Source: Octopus vulgaris (Eukaryota). Taken from it: 64,000 nucleotides of DNA. The stretch spans positions 44,578,001 through 44,642,000 of the forward strand of contig OX597837.1 in the NCBI GenBank assembly GCA_951406725.2. Reading direction: 5' to 3'. Position 1 is the first letter of the stretch, and each line of letters begins with the position of its first letter. The notes below the pieces were generated by a model. That model ran no database searches, had not been told where the DNA came from, and saw only the letters and a list, made by a program, of their open reading frames with translations. Positions 1 to 14,093 of this stretch are shown here, piece after piece. The translations under genes and the position numbers were made by a program.

Positions 1-110
1 GGTAGACAACTCTCTCTCACCTGTCTCAATCGTTCTCACTATTTCTCACTCTTTTTCTCTCTCTTGTCTCTCTCTCCCCACCACACATATATATGTATGT
101 GTGTGTATAC

Positions 111-192
<82 letters not shown>

Positions 193-360
193 GTATATCT
201 ATATATATCTATATATATGTATGTGTATATATGTATATATATATATATACACATACATATATATAGATATATATATATACATATACATATATATATACAT
301 ACGTACATACATATATATATATACATACACACACACACACATATATATGTATATATATAC

Positions 361-393
<33 letters not shown>

Positions 394-480
394 ACTTAGA
401 ATAACTTAGAAAGGTTTTGGCTAGTATTGGCCCAGGCCATGTCTAACTTAATAGCACCACCTGGCTATATATATATATAC

Positions 481-559
<79 letters not shown>

Positions 560-708
560 CATACATATATTATATATATATCAGCCGAAATTGCGAAGAT
601 GATCCGGTTCTTGACTGAAGATTGAAGGCTTCGAATGTCCCGTCCGTGTTTTTTGTATCGTCTTCTAAATGTTTCACGTTCTTGTCCCAGTTTGTATTTT
701 TTTACATT

Positions 709-749
<41 letters not shown>

Positions 750-1362
750 GAAATACATGTGATGTATATTTTCAATGGATGAAGGTATCAGATGAAATAC
801 ACAATAAATAAATAAATAAATAAATGAATAAATAAATGACTTTAGCAGAGAGGAGTTATCTCCCTTATACTGGCCAATGCAAGAACAGTAATCATAAATC
901 AATGAAACGTGATCCCGTTTCGGCGGCGAGCTGGCAGAGTAGTTAAATGAAACAATGAATCAAGGGAGGTTACTCTAAAAAGCATCTTTTGGGGTTTGTC
1001 TCCATTGGATTTGTCTTTTCGGGAAATTTCTTCATTAGTTCTGTGCATGGTGTCTCGTACTTCTTTGTTGAGGTTGGACGTCAATGGCACTTATTTCTTC
1101 TTTGCGTGAAGTTTATGTGGTGTGCGTGTGCTCACGTTTATGAAGGGGCTATGTTGGTACGGTTGCCATCGTTTATAGTTACCCTCGTTTGTAGGGGATG
1201 GGGGTCTTCTTTAAAATATTGCTCATGTATGCAGGGAGAGAAAGTTTCATCCCTAATGTCTAAGATATCTGTTAATTGTATAACATTTAGTTTTACGGTG
1301 ATGTAGAATTCACATTGGTACCCTGTCCTCTGTAATTTTTGGCTTTAGCAAATATTGTACAT

Positions 1363-1418
<56 letters not shown>

Positions 1419-1599
1419 TTATATACATATATTCTGTTGTGGCTGAGGAGAGTCATTCTCTTTTAGTGCATTATAATTTAACACACTCACCGGTAAAATT
1501 TCCACTCATTTATTTATTTATTTATTTTACTAAAAGTTTTGTTGCGTCTTGCAACCTTTTCAATACACACACACACGCACGCACACACACACACACACA

Positions 1600-1641
<42 letters not shown>

Positions 1642-1825
1642 GTTTTCCATATTTACATACGTACACACGTGCGCATAAACTCACATCGATAAAGACACAC
1701 CCACGGGCACGCGCTCGTATCCTCATTTCTTCGTTCATAAAGCAAAACTGACTTCAATAATTAGTAAACCAGCAAAATAAGAAAAACAAACAACAAGATA
1801 ACAACAGCAACAATTCTAAAACCAT

Positions 1826-2162
1826 TTAATTGTTTTTATATTTCAAATCCCACGTTCGCTGATGATTGGTTGGTTTCATATGAAACTTGTGACTCAGATA
1901 AAACGTCATGTCTCTCCAGTTGGATGAAAATTTATTCTTGGGTTTCTTCTTGAATCGACTTAGAACCGTTTCAAAGATGGCACACACCACCCCAAACACA
2001 GCCAAACAGCCACAGACAATAAAAATTCCACCCAGATCACCTAGGCCTATCTTCTTCGCTTTCAAATTATTTGATTTCTCTTCTTTTAGACATTCGTCAT
2101 CCGATGGCCACCATTGCTTCTGGTATCTCTCAATTAAACCAGATTGTTGAATCAGCATCAGT
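1826..2162 (-). CDS. Gene A exon 13 (S2 end, M4, short C-tail, stop)
   Basis: ttcacag|A CTG ATG; QQSGLIERYQKQWWP..EC and LGDLGGIF motifs; TAA at 1826-1828. Confidence 0.95.
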
Positions 2163-2193
2163 CTGTGAAAAGAAATATTGAAATTGCAGAAGT

Positions 2194-2226
<33 letters not shown>

Positions 2227-3836
2227 AATAATAATTATTATTATTATTATAATAAGCTTAATCATCGCTGCCCAGGTTCAGGCATTAAATACCAACTCAG
2301 TGAAAAGGGATATATACCATATAAGTGCAACGAACCTCTGTAGAATGTATAGAAAGAGGGTCGAAAGCTTTAGTGCTTGTGAAAGTCTTGCACAGAAAGG
2401 GTACAAACGCAGACACGACAAGTAACCCAAAACTATGCCGGAATATGGATACGAGGTAATGGGTGCTTGGTACCAACATACACAAGAAAAAGGTAATCGA
2501 CGAAAAGGGAAGGTTTTGACTTCCAGACAGACAAGGTGTTAGAGCACCGAAGGCCGCATATTGTAACCCTTAGGAGGGACCATCAAGAGTGCCCAATACT
2601 CAACGTGGCAATACCAGGAGATCAACATATTATCAAGAAAGAAAGAGAAAAAAATTAATAAATATGGAGACCTGAGAATTGAGATCACCAAGATGAGGGA
2701 GCCACGCGAGTCAAACATAAAAGTTGTCCCTTTTGTAATCAGAACATTGGGTTAAATATCACCCAAACTGAAGAAACAGCTAGAATCTTTAGAAATACCC
2801 TATAATCTATGTGTATTGCAAAAATCGGCATTACTTGGAACTGCACACATATTGCGTAAAGTATTGCCTGTTTGAGGTCCATTGTGACTTGACAGGAAGT
2901 ACAAAGCCCCGGTAGACATAGACATCATATCTTCAATCAACAACATCACGATATTGGATACCGTGCGACGTCTTAAATAATAATAATAATTTCCATTTTT
3001 GTTACAGGGCCAGCAGGCGTTGATAATATACGTATAAGTGATCAAATGGTTCTTATATTATCGACCCTGGAAGTACGAAAGGAAAAGTCAATCCCGGCCG
3101 AATTTGAGCTCAGAACGTAAAGACGGACGAAATGCCACTAAGAAATTCGCCCGACGTACTAACGATACAGTTACTCCCAGTTCACCGCACCATTTGTTCC
3201 AAAATATTGAAAGGTTTTATTAGGGTACAAATAGCGCCTTTCTAAATTATATCATTTTTTTTATTAGGGCATTGACTATTTATCATTTAATGATGGCATA
3301 CTTGGACAAGTGATAGTCAAGTACGCAAAAATCTCGCTGAAAATATACGGTAAACCGTAAATGCCAGGGGCAGTTGAGATAACCACCCCACTTCACGTTG
3401 GAGTTCTATCTGCAGTTAAACACACCTCTTTATAACCGAGTGTTACGTCAAGAGCTATATCCAAATGAAATATTAAATCTCTATGATAATAACCGTTACT
3501 CACGTGCTTGATATGGCCGCCAGGTAAGGTGAATGCTTTGGTGTGACGAATCCAAGACCTTGTCTGGGTGTGTCACCCCGAACGACATAGTATTTACCGC
3601 AGAATTTGCCAGCAATGTAGTAAATCAGAGATTCGTCACTAATAAACGCATAATCATGATTATCAACTAATATCAACATCTCTTTCTCTTTGGTCACTAC
3701 TGGGCCACTGGCCATGATGTCACCGATTCTTTTGTAATCTTCATTGGAAACATTCTGAAATAGAAGCATCATCATTATGTATGTATGTATGTATGTATGT
3801 ATGTATGTATGTATGTATGTATGTATGTATGTGTGA

Positions 3837-3869
<33 letters not shown>

Positions 3870-4019
3870 TGTATGTATGTATGTATGTGTGAATATATGT
3901 ATGTATGTATGCATATATGTATGTGTGAATGTATGTATGTATGCATATATCTATGTATGTATGTATGTATGTATGTATGTATGTATGTATGTATGTATGT
4001 ATGTATGTATGTGTGAATG

Positions 4020-4055
<36 letters not shown>

Positions 4056-4149
4056 TGTATGTATGTATGTATGTGTGAATGTATGTATGTATGCATATAT
4101 CTATGTATGTATGTATGTATGTATGTATGTATGTATGTATGTATGTATG

Positions 4150-4183
<34 letters not shown>

Positions 4184-5040
4184 TGTATGTATGTATGTAC
4201 GAATATATGATTACATATGAGAGCAGAAAGTTTGCCCTCTGGGCGGTTTTCTACTCCCACTTGATCATATTTTCACATTTGATTCCCAATTCTAATAATT
4301 TTATCATGCTTTACGTTTGATTATTTCTTTGTATAATAGTACTTACTTGATTAGTAAATATTGCCTTTATTATTTTATCGCAGTTACAATTTCCCTTTTT
4401 TAAACAAACATCGAGGTAGTCCGACTACGTTTAGTGTGCAAAACAATAGCAGCGATCACATAGAGATATATCAAAACCTGCTGTCGTGTCTTTGCTGCTA
4501 AATGTTCTTTTTCAGTCGCATATTTTTTGGACACTCCACGTTGAATTGCAAAAATCTAATGTGATATTTGTGTAATAACCAAATCAAACCCGGATTGTGT
4601 TGTGTTTATATTACTTGTATGAAGGCGCATGGCTCAGTGGTTAGAGCATCGAGCTTACGATCGTGATGTTGTGAGCTCGAATTCCGGACCGGACTGCGTG
4701 TTGTGTTCTTGAGCAAGACACTTTATTTCACGTTGCTCCAGTTCACTCAGCTGTAGAAATGAGTTGCGACGTCGATGGTGCCAAGCTGTATCGACCTTTG
4801 TCTTTCCCTTGGATAACACTGGTGGCGTGGAGAGAGGAGGCTGGTATGCATGAGCGACTGCTGGTCTTCCATAAACAACCTCGCCCGGACTTGTGTCTAG
4901 GAGGGTAACTTTCTAGACTTGTGTCTAGGAGGGTAACATACATACATACATTCATGACCGAAGGGGGTCTTTACCCTTTTATATTACTGAGACAGTGTAT
5001 GTTTATATTAGGGAGACAGTAAGTGCGTATGTGTGTGTGA

Positions 5041-5106
<66 letters not shown>

Positions 5107-5415
5107 CAGAGACAGAGAGAGGAGAGGGAGAACATTGCAAACAATGAATGCAATAAACAGGAAATGAAAAATTCGTATAAATAAAAGATCGTTAAAAAGT
5201 ATCTTAATATCGAATATTTAAATTTTTGAACTTGAAATATTCAAGAATACAATGAAGTCCAATCTAAGTACGTCACAAGGTTTCCAGACATGAGTTCTAG
5301 TCACGTGTCAAGTTTCATCAAAATCAATAAAACGATGTTGGAGGAGCTAGCTAACAACACCACAAACAAACATACACCGATTTTCCACATAAGTAGTATA
5401 CATACATACACACAC

Positions 5416-5468
<53 letters not shown>

Positions 5469-5561
5469 CTTAGCAAAAATGAGAGAAATTTGAGAGCGAG
5501 CGAGTGTGAAAGAGAGAGAGAAAGAGAGAGTGAAAGAGAGTTACAGCTACTGTTGCTGCTG

Positions 5562-5613
<52 letters not shown>

Positions 5614-7102
5614 AATAACAACAACAACATCCATTTGGGTTAGAAGAACAGAACAACAGTTTAAAGTGAACATGAGCCACCAACCTGAAAGTACTCGTAC
5701 TTATCCGATCCAAAGAATGCGATGGGTTTCAAAACACTTTGCGTTGCCAATTCTTTCAGACTTCTGATTTCATTGTGCTTGTGTGGAATGGTGAGGAATG
5801 CCACCAAATGCGCCGTGTAACTAGTAGAGATGAGAATGATAAACAGCCACCAAGAACCGACGATCACTCTTCCAGATATGTTCACTGGTTCGATACCTTT
5901 CCCTTTATTTGAAGAAGACAAACAAAGAACAACAGACTAAGTTTTAAAAATCCAATATAAAAAAATATCATCACTAATAGATTATACATTTTAGTAATTA
6001 TATAATTATAATGTACTAGAAGTATCGCCCGGCATCGTATTTGTGTGTGTTTGTGTATGTCTGTGTTTGTCCCCCACCATTGCTTGACAACCTATTTCTT
6101 TATTATCCACAAGGGGCTAAACACAGAGAGGATAAACAAGGACAGACAAACGGATTAAGTCGATTATATCCACCCCAGTGCGTAACTGGTACTTATTTAA
6201 TCGACCCGAAAGGATGAAAGGCAAAGTCGACCTCGGCGGAATTTGAACTCAGAACGTAGCGGCAGACGAAATACCTATTTCTTTATTACCCACAAGGGGC
6301 TAAACACAGAGAGGACAAACAAGGACAGACAAACGGATTAAGTCGATTATATCGACCCCAGTGCGTAACTGGTACTTATTTAATCGACCCCGAAAGAATG
6401 AAAGGCAAAGTCGACCTCGGCGGAATTTGAACTCAGAACGTAGCGGCAGACGAAATACCTATTTCTTTATTACCCACAAGGGGCTAAACACAGAGGAGAC
6501 AAACAAGGACAGACAAACGGATTAAGTCGATTATATCGACCCCAGTGCGTAACTGGTACTTATTTAATCGACCCGAAAGGATGAAAGGCAAAGTCGACCT
6601 CGGTGGAATTTGAACTCAGAACGTAGCGGCAGACGAAATACCTATTTCTTTATTACCCACAAGGGGCTAAACACAGATAGGACAAACAAGGACAGACAAA
6701 CAGATTAAGTCGATTATATCGACCCCAGTGCGTAACTGGTACTTATTTAATTGACCCCGAAAGGATGAAAGGCAAAGTCGACCTCGGCGGAATTTGAACT
6801 CAGAACGTAGCGGCAGACGAAATACCGCAAAGCATTTCGCCCGGCGAGCTAACGTTTCTGCCAGCTCGCCGCCTTGCAACCGATGTTGGTGGTGTGTATA
6901 CGTCGCCGTAACTTGGTGGTTCGGCAAAAGAGACCGAAAGAATAAGTACTAGGTTTACAAAGGATAAATCCTGGGGTCGATTTGTTCGACTAAAGGCAGT
7001 GCTCCAGCATGGCCGCAGTCAAATGACTGAAACAAGTAAAAGCATAAAAGAATAAAAGAATTAATGCAAACATGCATATATGCATATATACACACAGGCA
7101 CA

Positions 7103-7141
<39 letters not shown>

Positions 7142-9959
7142 ACACACACAAACAGGTACGCGCACACAGACTCACACACATATCCAGAAGAGGTGTGGAA
7201 CAGTTAAAATTCACACTACAAATGTTTCATAAGAAGGGGAAGTCTGTTACGTATGAAGTGACGAACTCCAAGCTGCTTAGTTAATCGTCAGGTCTTGACG
7301 ATTATACACACATAAATATGCGTATGTATGTATACATGTATGTATGTATGTATGTATGTATGTATGTATGTATGTACGTACGTGCGTGCGTACGTATGTA
7401 TGTATGTATGTATGTATGTATGTATGTATGTATGTACGTATGTATGTATGTATCTATAAACTTGTATATGTACAAAATGATAGATATATTGTGAAGGGAA
7501 TTCAGAGCAAGTAATCTTTTAATCAAGAAATCATTTAACCACGAAATCAAGTAATCATTTAATCAAATGATCATTTAATTGTTTAATTAGGTAATTCATC
7601 AAAACACCAACCAACCTTCTTTCAGCGAATAACCTAATATAAACCACAAATTATGTCCATAGCTTTGGATCTGTTTCGGACAGTTATTGGTGTTTGTTAT
7701 AGCACTGAAGTATAACCGGTTAATCACGGTGAGCGTGATAACAGTTACAATGAAGGAAGCAATCAGAGCACCCCAGGTCATCCACGTGAACACTTTGAAA
7801 CTTTGGAGTATGTTGGCTATGTGCTTGCTCGGCCGTTTAATTAGAATGCTGATGCCGTCGGGCATGTAGGGTTGCGTGTAGTCCACGACAGAGAATCTGT
7901 TGTAGGTGAGGGTTAAGGGTCCAATCGCCAGGTTGACGTCCTGCAAAAAGAAGAACGAAAAATGAAATCTTGTTTCTCAGCTGATGTTTTTGTTTTTTGC
8001 TATAAACACACACATATATGCAGATGCACCATCATCGTTTCAACATTATAATCATCATCATCAACATAATCATCATCATTATATTCATCATTATTTTAAC
8101 GTTCATTTTGTTGATGCTTTTCCATCAGTCATACATAAACACACATATATATATATACATACATACACACATACATACATACATACATACATACATACAT
8201 ACATACATACATACATACATACATACATACATACACGTATATATGTGTGTGAGTATGCGTATGCGTATGTGTACGTATATATGCTGGATTCCCTCGTCGT
8301 ATTCAACGCATGAAGGCGATATAATTTTAATTTGTCTCATCCTTTTCTCTTCCCCTTGCAGAAGAAAGGAAACCCCTGGGACAATCTGCAATCTGCACAG
8401 CTACTAGTTCAAAGAAGTATCGGCTTGTACAAGACCGTTCACACATTATTTCGGTGTAGCTGATAGCAACAGTTAGAACAAATACGTCACAAGACTGATG
8501 AACGGACCTCAATTGGCAATATATATTGGCGCAGGAATGGCTGTGTGATAAGAAGCTTGATTCCCAACCACATGGTTCTGGGTTCAGTCCCACTGCGTGG
8601 CACCTTGGGCAAGTGTCTTCTACTATAGCCACGGGTCGACCAAAGCCTTGTGAGTGGATTTGGTAGACGGAAACTGAAAGAGACCTGTCGTATGTGTGTG
8701 TGTTTGTGTCTGTGTTCGTGCGCCCGTCACCGCTTGACAACAGGTGATGGTGTGTTTCCGTCCGAGTAACTTAGCAGTTCGACGAAAAAGCCCGATCGAA
8801 TAATTACTAGGCTTAAGAAATATGTCCTGGGGTCGATTTGTTCTACTAATTGGGTACGTGCGTCTGTGTGTAAGTCTTTTAAAGCAAGACCAAAATTTTG
8901 ATTGTTGATCACCAATTTAAACTCTCTTGAAATTTTTCTATAATCAAACATAACAAAAATAACCATTATTTTAGTGCTAGGTCAGAAAAAGAAGGACAAT
9001 GTCCGTAGCAAAATATGTACCCTTTTGCCAAGTTATAACAAAAAGTTAGTGAAATATTTAAAGTGTTTACAGTTGGATAGATAGACAAATATAACAAAAT
9101 AATTTGACAAAAAATGTGAATTTTTAATTATTTTCTGAGATTTTACAAAAACAACAAAAATATTATTTAAAAAAATGCTTTTTAAATTAAAAATATCCAT
9201 TTCTCTGGAAGCCATGTGAAAACAAATTCGAGCGTAGGGGGGCGGCACACTTGTGTCGGTATTAAAAAAATTTTTTTTTAAGCCTTGCAGGCTTAGCAAC
9301 CTTGTTGACTTGAATAGAGAGAATAAGACATCTTCAAACCAGCGAATAGAGAATGCTCTCCACTAAAGACCCCCACCACGGACCAGGTATGGGTGGCGTG
9401 TCTTTTCCAGACGCAAAAAAAATTGCAACAGAAGAATATAAGACATGTATGAATGAGAGTTACATGTGATGAAGACGTACAGCTCTTGCAGCCATTCCAA
9501 TGAGACCACTCCATATGTGGGTTGTCTTGTTTTCGCTACCAAACGTCGAATCCTTTGTTGCAATAAGTTCATACCTAAAGAACAGGAAATAGAAGATAAT
9601 CTTTTTTTTCTGCTGGAAGCAACACATTTTTTTTTCTATAATCTTACAGTTCTGCCAATACCATCATGAATGATAGCAACAACAACAATAATGGTTACAA
9701 ATTTTGGAGCAAAACCAGCAATTTCGGGGGGAGGGAGTTGTAAGACAATTACATGGACCCCAATGTTCAGCTGGTATTTATTTTACTGACCCACTCCAAA
9801 AAAAAAAAAAAAAAAAAAAAAATGCAAAGTCAACTACAGCAGAATTTGATCTCAGAACGTCAGGACAAACGGACGGATGGAGTGCCGCTAAGCATTTTGC
9901 CTGACGTGCTAACGATTCTGCCAGCTTGCCGCATTTGACAACAACAACAACAGCAGCAG

Positions 9960-10017
<58 letters not shown>

Positions 10018-10324
10018 CAAAATACAAAGACCTGGAAATAGAGGTAACTAGAATGTGGAACCTGAAAACAGAAACAATTCCTATCATAGTAGGTGCATTA
10101 GGCATGATAAAAAAATATTCAGACAAATACATAACAAAAACACCAGGACTTACAAACACATATAACATACAGAAAATTGCAGTACTAGGCACTGCACACA
10201 TCCTACGCAGAACACTTTCCATACAATAACCATCAGAGCATCACAACAAATCACAGCACATACCTAAGGCACACAGAGCTGCGCTCGGTAGTGAAGTGAA
10301 AGCACGCTATAAAAATAAAACTAC

Positions 10325-10404
<80 letters not shown>

Positions 10405-10632
10405 TCCTATGCAAAATACTTTCTATGTAATCTCAAGTTTTAAAACAAACACAATTTTCTTATGGTTTCTTAAACATTCACTAGTACGACACTAAGTACA
10501 AAACCAGATATATGGCACCCTAGGCATAACAACAACATGAACTTCCAACTTGTTGTCTCTTGAGGTCTCTGGGTGAGACTTGGAGCCAACTTGTACAAAT
10601 GTAAAGCAAAAGTCAAACATAAAATAATAATA

Positions 10633-10710
<78 letters not shown>

Positions 10711-12190
10711 GCTTTCAAATTTTGGTACCAGGCCAGCAATTTCCGGGGTTGGGGTAAATCGGTAACATGAATCTCAGTGTTCAACTGATACTTATTCTAA
10801 CGAATTGAAAGGAATTTGAATTCAGGTTATAAAGCCGGAAGAAATGCCATTAAGCATTTTCTCCGGCGCAGTAACGATCTCGCCAACTCGCAGCATTTAG
10901 GGAACAGAAAATAATAAAAATAGGTGGTTAGGTATAATGCAGTGAAGTAATAAGAAGTCTAAAACGTTCCTTAAGGCGGTGCCCCAGCATGGCCTTAGTC
11001 TAATGACTGAAAGACATAAAATACAAAAGATAAAGATTCCTTAATTTTCAGCTCAAGCTTCAAATCCCACGAAATATTATGAAGAAATAATTATCTCCCC
11101 TAGTATTAATAACCTGCTAATATTAGTGCGTGTTCCTTTCTTTAAATAGCAAATACTAGCAGTATCGCCCGGCATTGCTCGGGTTTGTAAAGGAAATAAC
11201 TATATAAGCATTTCAGAGAGTTACTTCCCTTATATAAACCGAGCAAAAAATGCATTAAAAAAACGAAAAAAATTATGGTAATTTTTTTTTTAAATCGTAG
11301 ACTCATCGTAGACGCGCGCTAATACCCAGAAGAGCTCGATATGAATTACGACTATAAGATACCCGCTTTTGGTTAAACTGCACCGCAAAATGTGGGAGTA
11401 GTTAGGAATCTAAATCGGAGGAGACAAACTCTCACACAACTTCAGTTTTATATATAAAGATGACTCTAACACGATACCATATCAATATTAACCAATTTTC
11501 TAATATTAACCAAATGTCCACTAGTATTTTTCTTACGAAATCAATACTCACTAATGTATACTCACTGGAAATTTAAACTGCGACTCAATTGTATCAAGAT
11601 TTCCACACAAAGACCAACAAATTCAGTGTTGTTGCCCTCTGTTTCCTTCGTTAAGAAAGGTTTCAACTGAAATGTAACAAAGAAGAACAAATAAATATTT
11701 GTTGATATGAAATGAAGTTCTATATTAATGGAAAACAAAGACTGTTTGTCAATCGTCTGAGAAATATCCGTCTGTGAGTTGTCTGTTTCTAACTCTCTCG
11801 CTCGATGCGGCGTGTTTCCTGTGCATCTAGGCGTGTGTATATATATATATATATATACAAAATTTAGAGGATTGACCACTAAACGTGGACAGCTTGTATG
11901 CTAGATATAAACGTCAAAATCCCCATTTTCCCACGGAGAATGTGTTCTCAAGAAAAAATTCAGCAAAAAATCAAAGCGTAAAAATAAGCAAGACAGATGA
12001 AAATATACGAAATAAAAAACGATTACATATGGCGATTTTGACGTCTATATCTAGCATACAGGCTGTCCACTTTTAGTGGTCAATCCTCTAAATTTTGTAT
12101 GTAAAAGAAATTTTTAATCTTCAGATATTTTAAATATGCTAGGCCACTGGTTTTAATTGATTAATATCAATTTCTACCCTTATTTAATTT

Positions 12191-12243
<53 letters not shown>

Positions 12244-12524
12244 AAATATTAGGGAATGAATCCAAACTTACAGGGAAAAATCAGATTTAGGATTGAATCC
12301 AATTTTATAGTAAAATATTATATTATATTAAATTAGAGATAAAACCACTATTAGGCAAATCATACAATGAAAAACTTAAGCCAATAAGATTATTTAATTT
12401 ATATTATTTAAATATATAATTTTGTTATATATTTAAATAATATAAATTAAATAATCTTATGTATTGGCTTAAGTTTTTCATTGTATGATTTGCCTAATAG
12501 TGGTTTTATCTCTAATTTAATATA

Positions 12525-12576
<52 letters not shown>

Positions 12577-14034
12577 GTGTGTGTGTGTGTATGAAAACAT
12601 GGGGTTAGTGTGTCTATTGACGATGGCTAGATTGTAAGTACCATTCCTACACCGGGCGATGCATTGTGTCAACGAGCAAAGCATTGTTCTAGTCTAGGGG
12701 TGCCGTCATTCGAAGGCAAAGCCTACTGTGACTAGCGATGGGTAACAATATCTGATAGTCAGGTCGGTCACGTAATATGCACACACATACACATACACAT
12801 ATATAATATATATATATCTGTGTGTATATACATACACACATACACACATTTACACACATACACATAAACATATATATGCTGCTGAGGCCCCCTTCGGTCA
12901 TGATTGACCATGGGATTGCACCGAGAAAGTTACCCTCCCAGGTACAAGTCCAGGCAAGGTTGTTTGTGGAAGACCAGCAGTCTCCCATGCATACCCGCCG
13001 CCCCTCTCCACGCCACCAGTGTTATCCAATGGAAAGGCAAAAGCCGATACAGCTTGGTACATGTGACATCGTAACTCATTTCTACAGCTGAGTGAACTGG
13101 AGTAACGTGAAATAAAGTGTCTTGTTCAAGAACACAACACCCAGCCCGGTCCGGGATTCGAACTCACAAGCTCATGATCGTAAGATTGATGCTCTAACCA
13201 CTGAGCCAACTTGCTTTAAATCTCTGAGTGAGACTCCCCTGCTCACAGTATACGGACACAGATCATGTGTCGGTAGCCAGCTGGAAATAATGTTTTTTGG
13301 GGGCCCAAAAATAGTTACACCGACCTGCGACATTGTATTGGCAAATAGACTTTACTGTACGGTAATGCTACAACATATTACTCGCCCAGAGATTTAAAGC
13401 CAGTTGTTTTTCTCTTTACGAGATCAGTGTCTGTGTGTCGCTTTAAAAGTATATACTGTGAGCAACAGCGATTGACTGCTATCTCTAGCCAGCGGTTGTC
13501 CTGTACCGAGGAAGGGAAATTACCTAGAAACAATTGGTCTTCTGGTATCGCTACGGATAGAAAGGGAGCGGTAAACTCCCTTGCTCACAGTATACGGACG
13601 CACATCCTGCGTCGGTAGCCAGCTGGAATACTAGCTCGACTAGTATTTATTTTGTCGACTCCGGTGGGATAAAAAGCAAAGTCGACTTCTGCAGGATTTG
13701 AACTTAGGACATAACACCAGAAAAAATGCTGCAAACCGTTTTTTCCAGGTGTGCTAAGAAGAAAGAAAAGAAAGATTTAGGGATATTTACCGGATTATAG
13801 CCAACTTTAAGAGTGATGTTTCCTAAACCTGGCTGGAAGTTTGGAAATGGTATTCTTGTGTAGAATTTGAAAGGCTTGGAATACGTCCATTCTGCAATCT
13901 CCTTGAAAACAAGTTCCTGTTCCTTTCTCAGGTCATATTGGACACCAACAACAAAATAGGATTGTTCTGTTATGATTTCTCCATCTTCTGTTGTACTTTG
14001 GTTGGTTCTAGCAGAATTCTTTAGTAAAAGAATA

Positions 14035-14093
<59 letters not shown>

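Noticed and set aside
580-705. CTGAAGA-containing repeat duplicated at 24027-24150, and partial GAAAC..GTH halves at 23830, 48425 and 49435
   Set aside because: A complete hammerhead core and stems cannot be assembled; treated as ordinary dispersed repeat fragments.
3455-3520. Possible R/G-like exon-intron hairpin at the end of exon 12
   Set aside because: Only about 10 imperfect pairs, which is within chance expectation.
8340-8470. Strong plus-strand acceptor (ttccccttgcag) followed by a short frame
   Set aside because: No matching donor, no recognisable protein, and antisense to gene A.
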